Assembly (NCBI GenBank): GCA_005878515.1
Contig: VBLZ01000097.1
Span: 7,634 to 71,633 of the forward strand
Reading direction: 5' to 3'
Length of the DNA stretch: 64,000 nucleotides
Source of the DNA: Methanobacteriota archaeon
Lineage (GTDB): Archaea; Thermoplasmatota; Thermoplasmata; RBG-16-68-12
Made by a program: the position numbers and the translations under genes. Positions 1 through 9,137 of this stretch are shown here, piece by piece. The stretch's first letter is position 1. Every line of letters starts with the position of its first letter. The notes under the pieces are model-generated. The model made no database searches, was not told where the DNA came from, and saw only the letters and a program-made list of their open reading frames with translations.

Positions 1-225
1 CTTCGAGTCTCCGGATCCGCGTGCCTTCCACAACTTCACCCGTTGTTCGAGTTCCTCCGGCTCGTCGCATTCGTGGTATCCGTAGGTCACATAGCGTTTG
101 TCCTTGCGACGATGCTTGTACATGCAGGGGCCATATTCGTCGTCTTCCTGGCCATACCACTTGTCGCAGTCCTTGCACAGATGGGGCGACGGCAGCTGGC
201 CTTGCAGGGCCTTCGCGGACTCCAA
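1..225 (-). CDS. Small Cys-rich (putative Zn-binding) protein, 3' end beyond window edge
   Basis: Hand translation from TTG at 225: (M)ESAKALQGQLPSPHLCKDCDKWYGQEDDEYGPCMYKHRRKDKRYVTYGYHECDEPEELEQRVKLWK...; open to position 1; not in ORF track. Confidence 0.6.
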   Translation of the reverse strand, partial: MESAKALQGQLPSPHLCKDCDKWYGQEDDEYGPCMYKHRRKDKRYVTYGYHECDEPEELEQRVKLWKARGSGDSK

Positions 226-267
226 GCTATCTCACGTCTCCGACGGGTCGATTGGCAGTCCATTCCG

Positions 268-615
268 TCAGAGATGCGCGCCGACGAAACCCAGGAGCCC
301 TGCCCCGAGGACCACGATCGCCGGAACGCCGAGACCCGCGAAGAACATGATCGCGCCGACGACGCCGCATACGATCGAGGCCAGATTCATCCGAGCCCGC
401 GGAAAAAGGATGCCGAGGGAACTTCGGTAGATCCGTCGACCCGCGATCACCGCGCCGAGGCCCGTGATCCCATGCAAGAAGCGGAGGACCGTGGAGGCGT
501 TCGAGCCGAGGGCGGCCCAGATCGCCAACGCCCCTCCCGCGACCGCGAGCAGGAGCGCGCCCACCCCGAAGGATTGACGCACCCTCGCGGACCATCCGAA
601 GATGCGGGCAAACAT
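268..615 (-). CDS. Small membrane protein (3-4 TM)
   Basis: 115-aa hydrophobic ORF, co-oriented with infB. Confidence 0.55.
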   Translation of the reverse strand: MFARIFGWSARVRQSFGVGALLLAVAGGALAIWAALGSNASTVLRFLHGITGLGAVIAGRRIYRSSLGILFPRARMNLASIVCGVVGAIMFFAGLGVPAIVVLGAGLLGFVGAHL

Positions 616-675
616 GGCGCGTTCCGATAGGCCCTGGGTATTTGGAACTTGCCACCAACGGTGCGTGCGATGGGA

Positions 676-2433
676 CTACATGCCCCAAAAAGGGTCCTCC
701 TTGCGTTTGATTGCGGCGGTCTGCTCGAGCGCTTCGACCTCGTCGTGGGTCAGGTCCGCCCGCCCCCGGACCGCTCGTGCGTCGGCCTCCGGGAGGTCGA
801 TGTAGAGGATGTCGCCGCCGTTGATCTGTCGGCCGATCGTGATCCCGTCCACGGAGATGGCCACCTCCTGGCCCTGCGTCGCGCCGTCGAGGCTTTTCTC
901 TCCGCTCCGGATTGCCTTGATCCGGCCGAGGGGCCGGCCGTCCGCGCGCATGACCGATTCGCCTGGGCGGATCCGTCCCGCGAGCACGCGGACGCCAAAG
1001 ATCGCGGGCTTCGAGGCCCGGAAGACATGTTCTCCCAGAAAGAGAAGCTTCGCAGGATACGCGATCTCCTTCCGACCGGCCTCGGCCAGCTGTCGCTTCC
1101 GCTCGTCCCGCCACGCTTCGTAGTCTTCGATCAACCGGTAGATCACATCGTTCTCGAGCAACTTCAGGTCCGGATGGTCTCGGAGCGCGGTCTTCGCGTC
1201 CGGGAGGATCTCCAGGTTGAACGCCAGGATCGCGCGGTTCAGCGGGTTCTTCGCGGTCGCGGCGTCGGTGACATCCCGTCGTGAGACCGGTCCGATTCGG
1301 GCGAACTTGATCGGGATCGAGGCCTGTTTGGATTCGTACGCGAGGCCCTCGAGGGATCCGATTGCATCGGCCTTGACGAGGATCCCTTCGTCCTGCGTCT
1401 CGATGTGGACCTGGGACTCTTTCGCGACTTCCTCGATGACCGCGGCGAGGTCGCCCTTCACCGCGCGGATCGGGGCCCCCGCGACGGCCTTCTCGAGCCC
1501 GCTGCCGACGATCTTGACTCCCGAGGCCGCGGAGGCGCTCTTCACCGAATCGAACCGCTCTTGCGGGTCGCGGATTTCGTCCAACGGCTTCGGCTTGAGC
1601 AGGGCCTTCACCTTCGTCGTCCCCGGCTTGCCCGCGGTCCCGAAGACGATCGCCTCGCCTTTCGAGAGGGTGCCTTCGTAGATGATCGCGTCCAGCGTGG
1701 TTCCGACGCCTTTTTCCTCCTTGACCTCGAGGATCGTGCCGACCGCAGGCCCCTCGGCGGTCGCGAGTTGCTCCCCGAGGAACCGCTGCGCGAGGCCGAT
1801 CAGGGTGAGCAACAGGTCCGGGATGCCTTCGCCGAACTTCGCGCTGACCGGGATGACCGCCAGGTTCGTCGTGAAGTCCTCGATCCGGTCGTAGCGGTCT
1901 GCGGAGAAGCCGTGCTCGAACAGGCGGCCGACGAGCTCATACATCCGACGGTCGAGTTCCTCGCGGGCGGAGTCCGGCTGATCCTGGTACGAGCGGACGA
2001 AGGGCTGGCCTTCGTGCTTCCGCCACCCGGGCACCATGTCGATCTTGTTCGCGGCGACGACGAACGGCGTCTTGTAGCGGCGCAGGATGTTCAGGCTCTC
2101 GATCGTCTGCGGGCGGAATCCTTCGTTGACGTCGATCACGAGGACCGCGAGGTCCGCGAGGGCGCCGCCGCGAGCCCGCAACGTCGAGAAGGCGACGTGG
2201 CCCGGCGTGTCGATGAAGAGGAGGCCGGGGATCTGGAAGGATCGTCCCTTGACGAGGTCCCCGCACATCTCGAGGATCGCCGCGAGAGGGACCTCCGTCG
2301 CGCCGATGTGCTGGGTGATCCCGCCGGCCTCGCGGCCCGCGACGCCGGTACCCCGGATCCGGTCGAGGAGGGTCGTCTTGCCATGGTCCACGTGTCCCAG
2401 GACGGACACGATGGGCTGGCGAATGGAAGCCAT
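676..2433 (-). CDS. infB: Translation initiation factor aIF5B / IF-2
   Basis: IRQPIVSVLGHVDHGKTT, GGITQHIGA, DTPGH, NKID; archaeal C-terminus KRKEDPFWGM. Confidence 0.97.
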   Translation of the reverse strand: MASIRQPIVSVLGHVDHGKTTLLDRIRGTGVAGREAGGITQHIGATEVPLAAILEMCGDLVKGRSFQIPGLLFIDTPGHVAFSTLRARGGALADLAVLVIDVNEGFRPQTIESLNILRRYKTPFVVAANKIDMVPGWRKHEGQPFVRSYQDQPDSAREELDRRMYELVGRLFEHGFSADRYDRIEDFTTNLAVIPVSAKFGEGIPDLLLTLIGLAQRFLGEQLATAEGPAVGTILEVKEEKGVGTTLDAIIYEGTLSKGEAIVFGTAGKPGTTKVKALLKPKPLDEIRDPQERFDSVKSASAASGVKIVGSGLEKAVAGAPIRAVKGDLAAVIEEVAKESQVHIETQDEGILVKADAIGSLEGLAYESKQASIPIKFARIGPVSRRDVTDAATAKNPLNRAILAFNLEILPDAKTALRDHPDLKLLENDVIYRLIEDYEAWRDERKRQLAEAGRKEIAYPAKLLFLGEHVFRASKPAIFGVRVLAGRIRPGESVMRADGRPLGRIKAIRSGEKSLDGATQGQEVAISVDGITIGRQINGGDILYIDLPEADARAVRGRADLTHDEVEALEQTAAIKRKEDPFWGM

Positions 2434-2542
2434 CGCCACCGGACCAAGAATCCGTCGATATTAGAAGGATGCGGTCCGGGATCATCGGCGGAACCTCTTT
2501 GCAGAAGGAATATGCCGAGCTGGAGGGGTACGGGGTATCGGC

Positions 2543-2923
2543 ATGGCTAGGCGAACCGGCCGGATCGTTCTCGGTGTCATGCTCATGTCTGTCTCCATTC
2601 CCTGGTTTTTCTACGCGCTCGGCATCGCGTTTCGGGAAAGCAGCTTCGCCAATGCAATCGGCTACACGATTCCGTTCGTATTCCTCGAGATCTCGATCTA
2701 CCTCCTCGTGAATGGTATGGTGGACGGGCGGTTTGGAGTCGTGCTCGCTTTGGCGGTGTGCGGACTTATTGTCGCGATTGGGGGAGTTGGGACTTACATC
2801 TTCACCAGCACCTGGTTCCGCGCTCCTTTTCTTGCGCCCGTATGGACGGCCCTTGGCACGATTGGCTTTCTCCTGATGGTACCGCTCGCGATATACGTCG
2901 CAAGACGCGCCAAAACCAGGTAA
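2543..2923 (+). CDS. Hypothetical membrane protein (about 4 TM)
   Basis: 126-aa hydrophobic ORF filling the gap between infB and ndk. Confidence 0.65.
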   Translation: MARRTGRIVLGVMLMSVSIPWFFYALGIAFRESSFANAIGYTIPFVFLEISIYLLVNGMVDGRFGVVLALAVCGLIVAIGGVGTYIFTSTWFRAPFLAPVWTALGTIGFLLMVPLAIYVARRAKTR

Positions 2924-2999
2924 TTCCCGGGGGGGGGGGCTCCGCGTCGCCTCTCCGGTGCGATGTCTGAAGTTTGGCGGATTCAGAGGTTGGGTCCGA

Positions 3000-3458
3000 C
3001 TACTCCCTTAACCAGGACTCGTCGATCCGCGTATACGCGTGAATCTCATCGGGCTTGAAGAACATCGAGATTTCGCGTTTCGCACTCTCGCCCGAGTCGG
3101 AACCGTGGATCACATTGCGACCAATTGTGAGCGCGAAGTCCCCGCGGATGGTGCCCGGTTCGGCCTCCGCGGAGTTGGTCTTGCCCATCATCTTGCGGAC
3201 GGCGGCGACCGCGCCGTCTCCTTCGAGGACCATCGCGACGACGGGCCCTGCGGCAATGTAGCTCATGAGCGGTTCGAAGAAGGCTTTCCCCTTGTGCTCC
3301 GCGTAGTACGTCTCCCCGAGGGAGCGGCTCACGCGGACGAGTTTCAACGCGGTCACCTTCAGCCCGCGGTGTTCGAATCGGGAGACGATTTCTCCAATGA
3401 GGCCGCGCTGCACCGCGTCCGGCTTCAGGAGGACGAAGGTGCGTTCGGCCACATTCAT
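3000..3458 (-). CDS. ndk: Nucleoside diphosphate kinase
   Basis: [36 protein letters not shown]; ATG 3458 overlaps the rpl24e stop. Confidence 0.97.
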   Translation of the reverse strand: MNVAERTFVLLKPDAVQRGLIGEIVSRFEHRGLKVTALKLVRVSRSLGETYYAEHKGKAFFEPLMSYIAAGPVVAMVLEGDGAVAAVRKMMGKTNSAEAEPGTIRGDFALTIGRNVIHGSDSGESAKREISMFFKPDEIHAYTRIDESWLRE

Positions 3459-4069
3459 TTCCCCTTCTTCGCCTTCTTCGCGGTCGGCGCGGGCGCCTCC
3501 TCTTCGTCGGCCGGTTCGCGCTTGCGACCCTTGACTTCCTGCCATCGCCCATCGAGCCACGACTTGAACGTGCGTCGGCCCTCCGGAGAATCTTTCCAGG
3601 CGAGGAACTCCGCCTTGTCGATCCGCGTGACGGGCTTGGCGCCGTGCTTCTTCTTCGACCAGCCGACGATCGACGTGTGGAACGCGTTGCTCGCGACGAA
3701 GTCCGAATACTGCCGCTCGAGGTCCCCGCGAGAAAGGTCCGGGCCCAACCGCTTGTCGATCAGGTCGGACAGATCCGAGGGGATGTCCTTCCCCTTCGGA
3801 GTCTCGATTATGATTTCGACCGCGAGGGCCTCGGGCGCCGGAGTTTCCTCGGAGACAGAGACGGCCTCTTCGGCGGCCACCCGTCCGGCGGCTCGCCGGA
3901 ACGCCTGGGTCCACGGGGTCCACCGCGGCACGCGCCCGAGCTTCAACATGTTCGCCTGGCACTTGTGCGAGCAGAAGAGGAAGACGGTCCCGTCTTTTCG
4001 GATGAACATCTTGCCCGTGCCGGGCTCGATCTCGTTGCCGCAGAACGAGCATGATCGGCGCGTCGGCAT
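3455..4069 (-). CDS. rpl24e: 50S ribosomal protein L24e with long C-terminal extension
   Basis: [31 protein letters not shown], followed by about 140 extra residues. Confidence 0.93.
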   Translation of the reverse strand: MPTRRSCSFCGNEIEPGTGKMFIRKDGTVFLFCSHKCQANMLKLGRVPRWTPWTQAFRRAAGRVAAEEAVSVSEETPAPEALAVEIIIETPKGKDIPSDLSDLIDKRLGPDLSRGDLERQYSDFVASNAFHTSIVGWSKKKHGAKPVTRIDKAEFLAWKDSPEGRRTFKSWLDGRWQEVKGRKREPADEEEAPAPTAKKAKKGK

Positions 4070-4073
4070 CGTC

Positions 4074-4286
4074 TCACCGGACCGAGAGCTTGCGGGCCTC
4101 GCGTGCCGTCTCGCGCAGCATCAGGACGTCGCCGACTTGGATGCTGCCCTTCACGTTGCGCGTGATGATGCGGCCCTTGTCGCGACCGTCGAGGACGCGG
4201 ACCTTGACCTGGACCGCTTCTCCTGTCATCCCGGTCCGGCCGACGACCTCGACGACCTCCGCGGGAATGCTGTCATCGTCCGCCAT
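4074..4286 (-). CDS. rps28e: 30S ribosomal protein S28e
   Basis: [17 protein letters not shown]...RNVKG; conserved L7Ae-S28e-L24e-ndk order. Confidence 0.97.
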   Translation of the reverse strand: MADDDSIPAEVVEVVGRTGMTGEAVQVKVRVLDGRDKGRIITRNVKGSIQVGDVLMLRETAREARKLSVR

Positions 4287-4315
4287 GTTCTCTCACTCGC
4301 GTGTCCGGAGAATCG

Positions 4316-4687
4316 TCACTTTTTCATCGCGCGGATTTTCGCGGAGACGTCATCGATGACCGGCTTCGCCTTGCCCGGGTCGAGGATCGCGATCGATGCG
4401 GTCGCCTTGCCCAGGCCGACCGCGACGCCGAGCTCCTGCTTGCTCGGTACGTAGGCGTAGGGCACGCCCTTCTCTTCGCAGAGGAGCGGCATGTGCGCCA
4501 GGATCTCCTCTGGCTGGACGTCCTCCGCCATCACGACGAACTGCGCCTCGCCGCGCTCGACGAGCTTCGTGACCTCGTTCGTCCCCTTGCGGACTTTCCC
4601 GGTCTCCTTCGCGAGCTCGATTGACTGATAGGTCTTGTCGACGAGCTCCTTCGGCATCTCGAATCGAACGTACATCGGCTTGGGCAT
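4316..4687 (-). CDS. rpl7ae: 50S ribosomal protein L7Ae
   Basis: GKVRKGTNEVTK, AEDVQPEEILAHMPLLCEEKGVPY. Confidence 0.97.
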   Translation of the reverse strand: MPKPMYVRFEMPKELVDKTYQSIELAKETGKVRKGTNEVTKLVERGEAQFVVMAEDVQPEEILAHMPLLCEEKGVPYAYVPSKQELGVAVGLGKATASIAILDPGKAKPVIDDVSAKIRAMKK

Positions 4688-4777
4688 CGTGGAGACCTCC
4701 TTCCGCCCCGCGGCCGCGGGACGTCATCAGTCATCGGCTCCCCGTCCTCGGAGAAGCGGCCGTCGAAGTGGCGCGGG

Positions 4778-4785
4778 TTATAAAA
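4778..4785 (-). promoter_or_regulatory. TATA box for the rpl7ae operon
   Basis: TTTTATAA on the minus strand about 90 nt upstream of rpl7ae, in GC-rich context. Confidence 0.65.
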
Positions 4786-4874
4786 GGTTTGCGACCCTCT
4801 CCCGGCAGCTCTGCGAATCAGCGCGGCACCGTTGTGCAGCAAGGTTGAAATCGCGAGGTGCGGTTCAATCACAC

Positions 4875-5399
4875 ATGCCCACAGACCGGAAGTTCTGCCG
4901 GTTCGCCACGTCGGACCGTCCACTGCAGACCCGAGAGATTCCGGAGGGCGGGATTTGTTTGTCCGCGTTCATCGTCCTGAGCGAGAGCGGCCATCGAGAC
5001 CGCGTGCTCATGGGTCATCTCGATCCTTCCGCGGACTGGGATCACATCGGGGCGCTGGATTCGGAACGGGCCGCGCTGAACAGCAAAGGATGGATGCTGC
5101 CTTCGTCGCACCTGTTGCTCGGTGAGTCGCCGCAGGCGGCCGCGGATCGGATCCTCAAGGAGCAACTCGGTCTCCCGAGTCATCCGCTGAACGGCCCCCT
5201 CGTCTTCTCCGAGGTGTACGGTCCCAAGAATCACTGGGATCTCGAATTCGTCTTCCTCGGGGAACGGAACCAGATCGGACAGCATCCGGCATGGACCGAG
5301 CTCGCGTTCGTCGACACGAACGAAACGCCGCGGGAGGAAGTCTCGCGGTACCATGATGACATCCTCGCGCACGTGGGCCGTTGGAATCCAACCGGATGA
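4875..5399 (+). CDS. Nudix-family hydrolase (degenerate Nudix box)
   Basis: WMLPSSHLLLGESPQAAADRILKEQLG; start chosen at ATG 4875. Confidence 0.7.
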   Translation: MPTDRKFCRFATSDRPLQTREIPEGGICLSAFIVLSESGHRDRVLMGHLDPSADWDHIGALDSERAALNSKGWMLPSSHLLLGESPQAAADRILKEQLGLPSHPLNGPLVFSEVYGPKNHWDLEFVFLGERNQIGQHPAWTELAFVDTNETPREEVSRYHDDILAHVGRWNPTG

Positions 5400-5443
5400 G
5401 AACTCGGGAAATCCTCGTGAGCCGCGGGAGGAGACTCCGCCGA

Positions 5444-6907
5444 CTAGCTTTGGCCGTCGCGATGGGCGGGCGGTGGTGTGGCTCGTCCCAGTTGTTCCCG
5501 AACCATTCGGTTCGCGATTTCCAGGAACTTCTCCTCGCTCCCCGGAGGGATCGTCGCGCCGGCCGCCGCATGGTGACCGCCTCCCTGGCCCCCGACGGCC
5601 ATGCTGGCCACCTGCATGACGGCCGCGAGATCCAGCCCGCGGGCCACCAGCTCCCGCGTCGTCCGCGCCGAGACCTTGATGCCATCGTCCGCTTGCGCGA
5701 ACGCGATGATCGGCAGGTCTTTCGTCGCGCCGTCTCGGTTGAGGGCCATGCTCGCAGCGATCCCGACCACGGTGTCGCGGATCCGGTCCGCCGCATGGAA
5801 GTACTGAAGCGCTTCCATCTGCGTGATGCCGGTCTCCTCGATCGTCTCCATCGAGTCCACCAGATACTCGCGGTGGCCGCGGAGGAGCCGGAGCGCCTGC
5901 GCGAGGTACTCGTCCCGATCGCCGCGGCACACGCGGTATCCGACCTCCGGTTGGTCGTACCGTCCGCACGCGTTCATCAGGGTCCCGAACTCCTTGGCAT
6001 CGCGCGTCGGACTCCCGGCGGGTTCTCGCGGCAGGGTGTATGTCTCCCCCGCGAGGCGCTCGACCTCCTTGATTCCGCAACCGCGTTCGAGCATGTGGGC
6101 GACGAGCGCGGAAACGACGCGCTGCTTCTCGCCTCGGTCGAGGTCCGACCAGCTCCGCCAGTGGTCCTCGATCTTCAGGTCGACTCCCTGCTCGAGGAGG
6201 AACGCGATGCACGCCTCCTCGTTCCCGCTCAGGCGGGGGATCCACGGGTCCGTTGCGTACTGGAGCATCTTGTACGCGGGCCGGGTCTCCCGACCGAAGA
6301 GACGGAGATCGATCTGGGCCTCGAGGACGCCGGCCGCGATCCCATCGGCGAGGATCGTGCGGTTGTAGCCGGAGAGCCGCCGGAACTCCTGATCCTGGAC
6401 ATCGCCCACGGCGCCGACGACCGCGATCGAGGCGAGGTCAACGTTCTTCGGGGAAAGCGCTCTCGCCACCGCGTACGCGCAGCCCGCGCCGCTCGCGACG
6501 TCGGAGCCTTCGCCTTCGAGATGCGGATTCAACATCAAGACCCGATCCTGGGATTCCGTGAAGCGAACGAGATCGCTCCGCAACGCTTTCGGGACCTCTC
6601 GTTCCGTCGGGACATGGTGGTCCGTGATGACCGCGTCGAGCCCGTGCAGCGCGTGCAACATCCCGGCTCCCAGGTCGATGAACCAGACGAGCGGCGTCCC
6701 TTTCCGCTTCAATTCCGTGAGCACGGCTTCGTCCAGCTTCTTGACGAAGGCCACCTCATGGGAGATGCCCGCTCGATCCAGGGCCTCCGAGGCAATCGCT
6801 CCTCCCGTGATGCCGTCGGTGTCGATGTGGGTCACGATCCGGACGAAGGGCGCGGGGCGCAGGCGCTCCGCGATCTCCTGAGCGACGGCCTCCATCGCGC
6901 CACCCAC
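5444..6907 (-). CDS. RecJ-like DHH/DHHA1 phosphoesterase
   Basis: HIDTDG, DLG, TDHH, NPH, NACGR, SAR and GGGHHAAAG motifs; start uncertain. Confidence 0.92.
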   Translation of the reverse strand: MGGAMEAVAQEIAERLRPAPFVRIVTHIDTDGITGGAIASEALDRAGISHEVAFVKKLDEAVLTELKRKGTPLVWFIDLGAGMLHALHGLDAVITDHHVPTEREVPKALRSDLVRFTESQDRVLMLNPHLEGEGSDVASGAGCAYAVARALSPKNVDLASIAVVGAVGDVQDQEFRRLSGYNRTILADGIAAGVLEAQIDLRLFGRETRPAYKMLQYATDPWIPRLSGNEEACIAFLLEQGVDLKIEDHWRSWSDLDRGEKQRVVSALVAHMLERGCGIKEVERLAGETYTLPREPAGSPTRDAKEFGTLMNACGRYDQPEVGYRVCRGDRDEYLAQALRLLRGHREYLVDSMETIEETGITQMEALQYFHAADRIRDTVVGIAASMALNRDGATKDLPIIAFAQADDGIKVSARTTRELVARGLDLAAVMQVASMAVGGQGGGHHAAAGATIPPGSEEKFLEIANRMVREQLGRATPPPAHRDGQS

Positions 6908-6921
6908 CGGGAGGCAAACGC

Positions 6922-7407
6922 ATGAATCTTTGGGAGGGAGCCGCGGACGAGGTCGCCTCGCTTTTCCGAGAAGAACGGATATCCGAGGAGGGCCTTGGTG
7001 GCGATGTGCTTCATGTGACGGCCACGGGCCTGATCGCCCACGACGGGCGCGTCCTCCTGGGGAAGCGGACGAGCACGGTTCGATTCGCGGGCATGTGGGA
7101 CGCCTTCGGCGGACATCTGGTCCCCTGCGAGGAACCCTCGGCCGCTCTGGTCCGCGAGCTTCAGGAAGAGTTGGGCATCACGGCGCTCCGGCCCCGGTTC
7201 CTCGGGATCTATGAGGACATCGATCCGACGTCCAAGGATCTCTTCCGTCACTACCTGTTCTTCGTCACCCGCTGGAGTGGGGATCCGAAAATCACGAACG
7301 AGGAGCACTCCGAGGTCCGTTGGTTCACCCCCGAAGAAGCGGAACAACTGAATCTCGCGCCGAGCCTCAAGGACGCCATTCGGCGCATCCTCCCAAAGAA
7401 ACCTTAA
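6922..7407 (+). CDS. Nudix hydrolase
   Basis: GGHLVPCEEPSAALVRELQEELG Nudix box. Confidence 0.85.
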   Translation: MNLWEGAADEVASLFREERISEEGLGGDVLHVTATGLIAHDGRVLLGKRTSTVRFAGMWDAFGGHLVPCEEPSAALVRELQEELGITALRPRFLGIYEDIDPTSKDLFRHYLFFVTRWSGDPKITNEEHSEVRWFTPEEAEQLNLAPSLKDAIRRILPKKP

Positions 7408-7438
7408 TCGCGGCGCATGTGTTCAATCGGCCGAGCTT

Positions 7439-7858
7439 ATGGTCGACGAGAAGCAGATTAAGAAAATCCTGAGCGACATCCGGACGATTGCCGTCGTCGG
7501 CTGTTCCAAGGATCCCGCGAAGGACGCGCACCGCGTCCCGAAGTACATGCAGATGAATGGCTACCGGATCATCCCGGTGAATCCGACCGCGGCCGAGATC
7601 CTCGGTGAGAAGGCCTATCCGTCCCTGGATGCCGTCCCGATTCCGTTCGACGCCGTCGACATCTTCCGCCCCTCGGCGGACGTGCCGCCGATCGTGGACC
7701 AGGCCGTCAAGACCCCGGCGAAGGTCATCTGGCTCCAGCTCGGGATTCGCAACGAGGACGCCGCACGGAAGGCGCAGGCCGCGGGCAAGATCGTGATTCA
7801 GGACCGCTGCATGATGCGCGACCACGCGCGGCTATTCGGCAAGACGATCCTCGAATGA
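7439..7858 (+). CDS. CoA-binding protein (YccU-like)
   Basis: TIAVVGCS, IIPVNP, VDIFRP, IWLQLG, QDRCM. Confidence 0.92.
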   Translation: MVDEKQIKKILSDIRTIAVVGCSKDPAKDAHRVPKYMQMNGYRIIPVNPTAAEILGEKAYPSLDAVPIPFDAVDIFRPSADVPPIVDQAVKTPAKVIWLQLGIRNEDAARKAQAAGKIVIQDRCMMRDHARLFGKTILE

Positions 7859-8455
7859 CGAGGCCGCGAACACGAGCGCGACGCTCGAGCCGCCCGCACG
7901 TCTCGCCGCGGCGATGAGGGCCTCGATCTCTCCGAGGACGCTCACCGCGGCCGGCGGCGCCTTGAACTTCGCGGTGGTCACGGCTTCGTACCACGGACGG
8001 AGTCGGACTTCCGGCACGATTCCGACGCGGAACGGATTGGAGACTCCCCGCTCCAGCTTGACGTTCGGGCTGATTCCTGAGAACGCTTGCACCGGGACCT
8101 CGATCCAGTTGGATCCCTCCTGAGGGAACAGTTCCGGCGAGATTCCCGGCGGAAGGGTTTCCTCCGCGGCCCGGATCGAGCGGCTCCCGTCGGAGTTCTC
8201 CCAGACCCGGCCGAGGCGAGCGCCCGCCGAGACGACGGTATGATCGAGCCATGCGAGGTCGTGGATCCGCCGGATCGACGCCCGACGCGTCCACAGGACT
8301 TTCGCCAGGAGATAGTACGACTCGCGGAGCGCTTTCGCCTCCGGTGACTTCGGGCCCCCGGCGTGCTGCGCCTTCTCGAGCGCCGAAGCGACGAGCGGCT
8401 GCGACGAGAGCAACGACTGAAAGTCGACGACCCGGAGGAGCGCCCGCCATCCCAC
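7832..8455 (-). CDS. Hypothetical protein
   Basis: 207-aa ORF with globular composition downstream of the ACT regulator. Confidence 0.6.
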   Translation of the reverse strand: MGWRALLRVVDFQSLLSSQPLVASALEKAQHAGGPKSPEAKALRESYYLLAKVLWTRRASIRRIHDLAWLDHTVVSAGARLGRVWENSDGSRSIRAAEETLPPGISPELFPQEGSNWIEVPVQAFSGISPNVKLERGVSNPFRVGIVPEVRLRPWYEAVTTAKFKAPPAAVSVLGEIEALIAAARRAGGSSVALVFAASSFEDRLAE

Positions 8456-8504
8456 GGCACCGCCACGGGTCTCACAAAGAAAAGGGTGTCGGCGGGCGGG
8501 CCGA

Positions 8505-9005
8505 TCAGTGCAGGACGACGGATTTGACGCCGTCCACCTGCTTGATCTGCGGGAGCAGTCGATCGGGTACCGGCGCCTCGGTCACGATGAATCCGTGCGG
8601 GTCATCGACGATTTCCGGATCGTCCATGATGACCTGACGGATCGAGATCCCCGCTTGCGCGATGATCGCCGCGACCCCGGCCAGGATGCCGGGCTTGGAG
8701 GCGTTCGTCGGGACGATCTCGATCGCGCCCCAGTTCATCAGCGGCGCGATTTCGCGCAGGTGGCAGACCGGCCGGAGGGCGTCGAAGAACGACCGCAGCT
8801 CGTCATTCTTGTCGATCGTGTCGACGGTCGCGGTCACGACGCGCCGGTCGACGCCGGCGGCGCGGGCCATCGCGGTGTCCGAGAGCTTGATCTCGGCGGC
8901 GTAGACGCTCCCCTCGTGGACGCGCAGGCCGTACATGACCATGAGCTGCGCGACCTTCTCCTGCGCCGGGAATCCTTTGAAGTAGTGACGAAATCGCGCC
9001 CACAT
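8505..9005 (-). CDS. trpY: TrpY-like amino-acid-sensing regulator (HTH + ACT, COG2150)
   Basis: FKGFPAQEKVA, ARAAGVDRRVV, PGILAGV...ISIRQ...DDPE; divergent from trpB2. Confidence 0.8.
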   Translation of the reverse strand: MWARFRHYFKGFPAQEKVAQLMVMYGLRVHEGSVYAAEIKLSDTAMARAAGVDRRVVTATVDTIDKNDELRSFFDALRPVCHLREIAPLMNWGAIEIVPTNASKPGILAGVAAIIAQAGISIRQVIMDDPEIVDDPHGFIVTEAPVPDRLLPQIKQVDGVKSVVLH

Positions 9006-9018
9006 GCTCTCGGCCCAA

Positions 9019-9107
9019 TGTACGGAAGGGTGCTCTAAGGGTTAATGTTTCCGTCTTGGAATGTAATTTCATGTACGATGACGAACAGAATCGTTATATA
9101 TTGTCCA
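9019..9107. promoter_or_regulatory. Divergent promoter region with TRP-box-like hexamers
   Basis: AT-rich; TGTACG at 9019 and 9072, TGTAAT at 9062, TGTCCA at 9102; TTATATAT near 9094. Confidence 0.5.
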
Positions 9108-9137
9108 AATAATCCTGAGCCGGGATCGGTGAGACTG

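Noticed and set aside
2929-2939. G11 homopolymer as a phase-variation tract
   Set aside because: Intergenic between convergent genes and part of a likely hairpin. It affects no frame or promoter.
3000-4052. Apparent 350-aa NDK with long N-terminus, or an L24e-NDK fusion
   Set aside because: The extension is an alternative frame of rpl24e. NDK starts at 3458 with an ATGA overlap.
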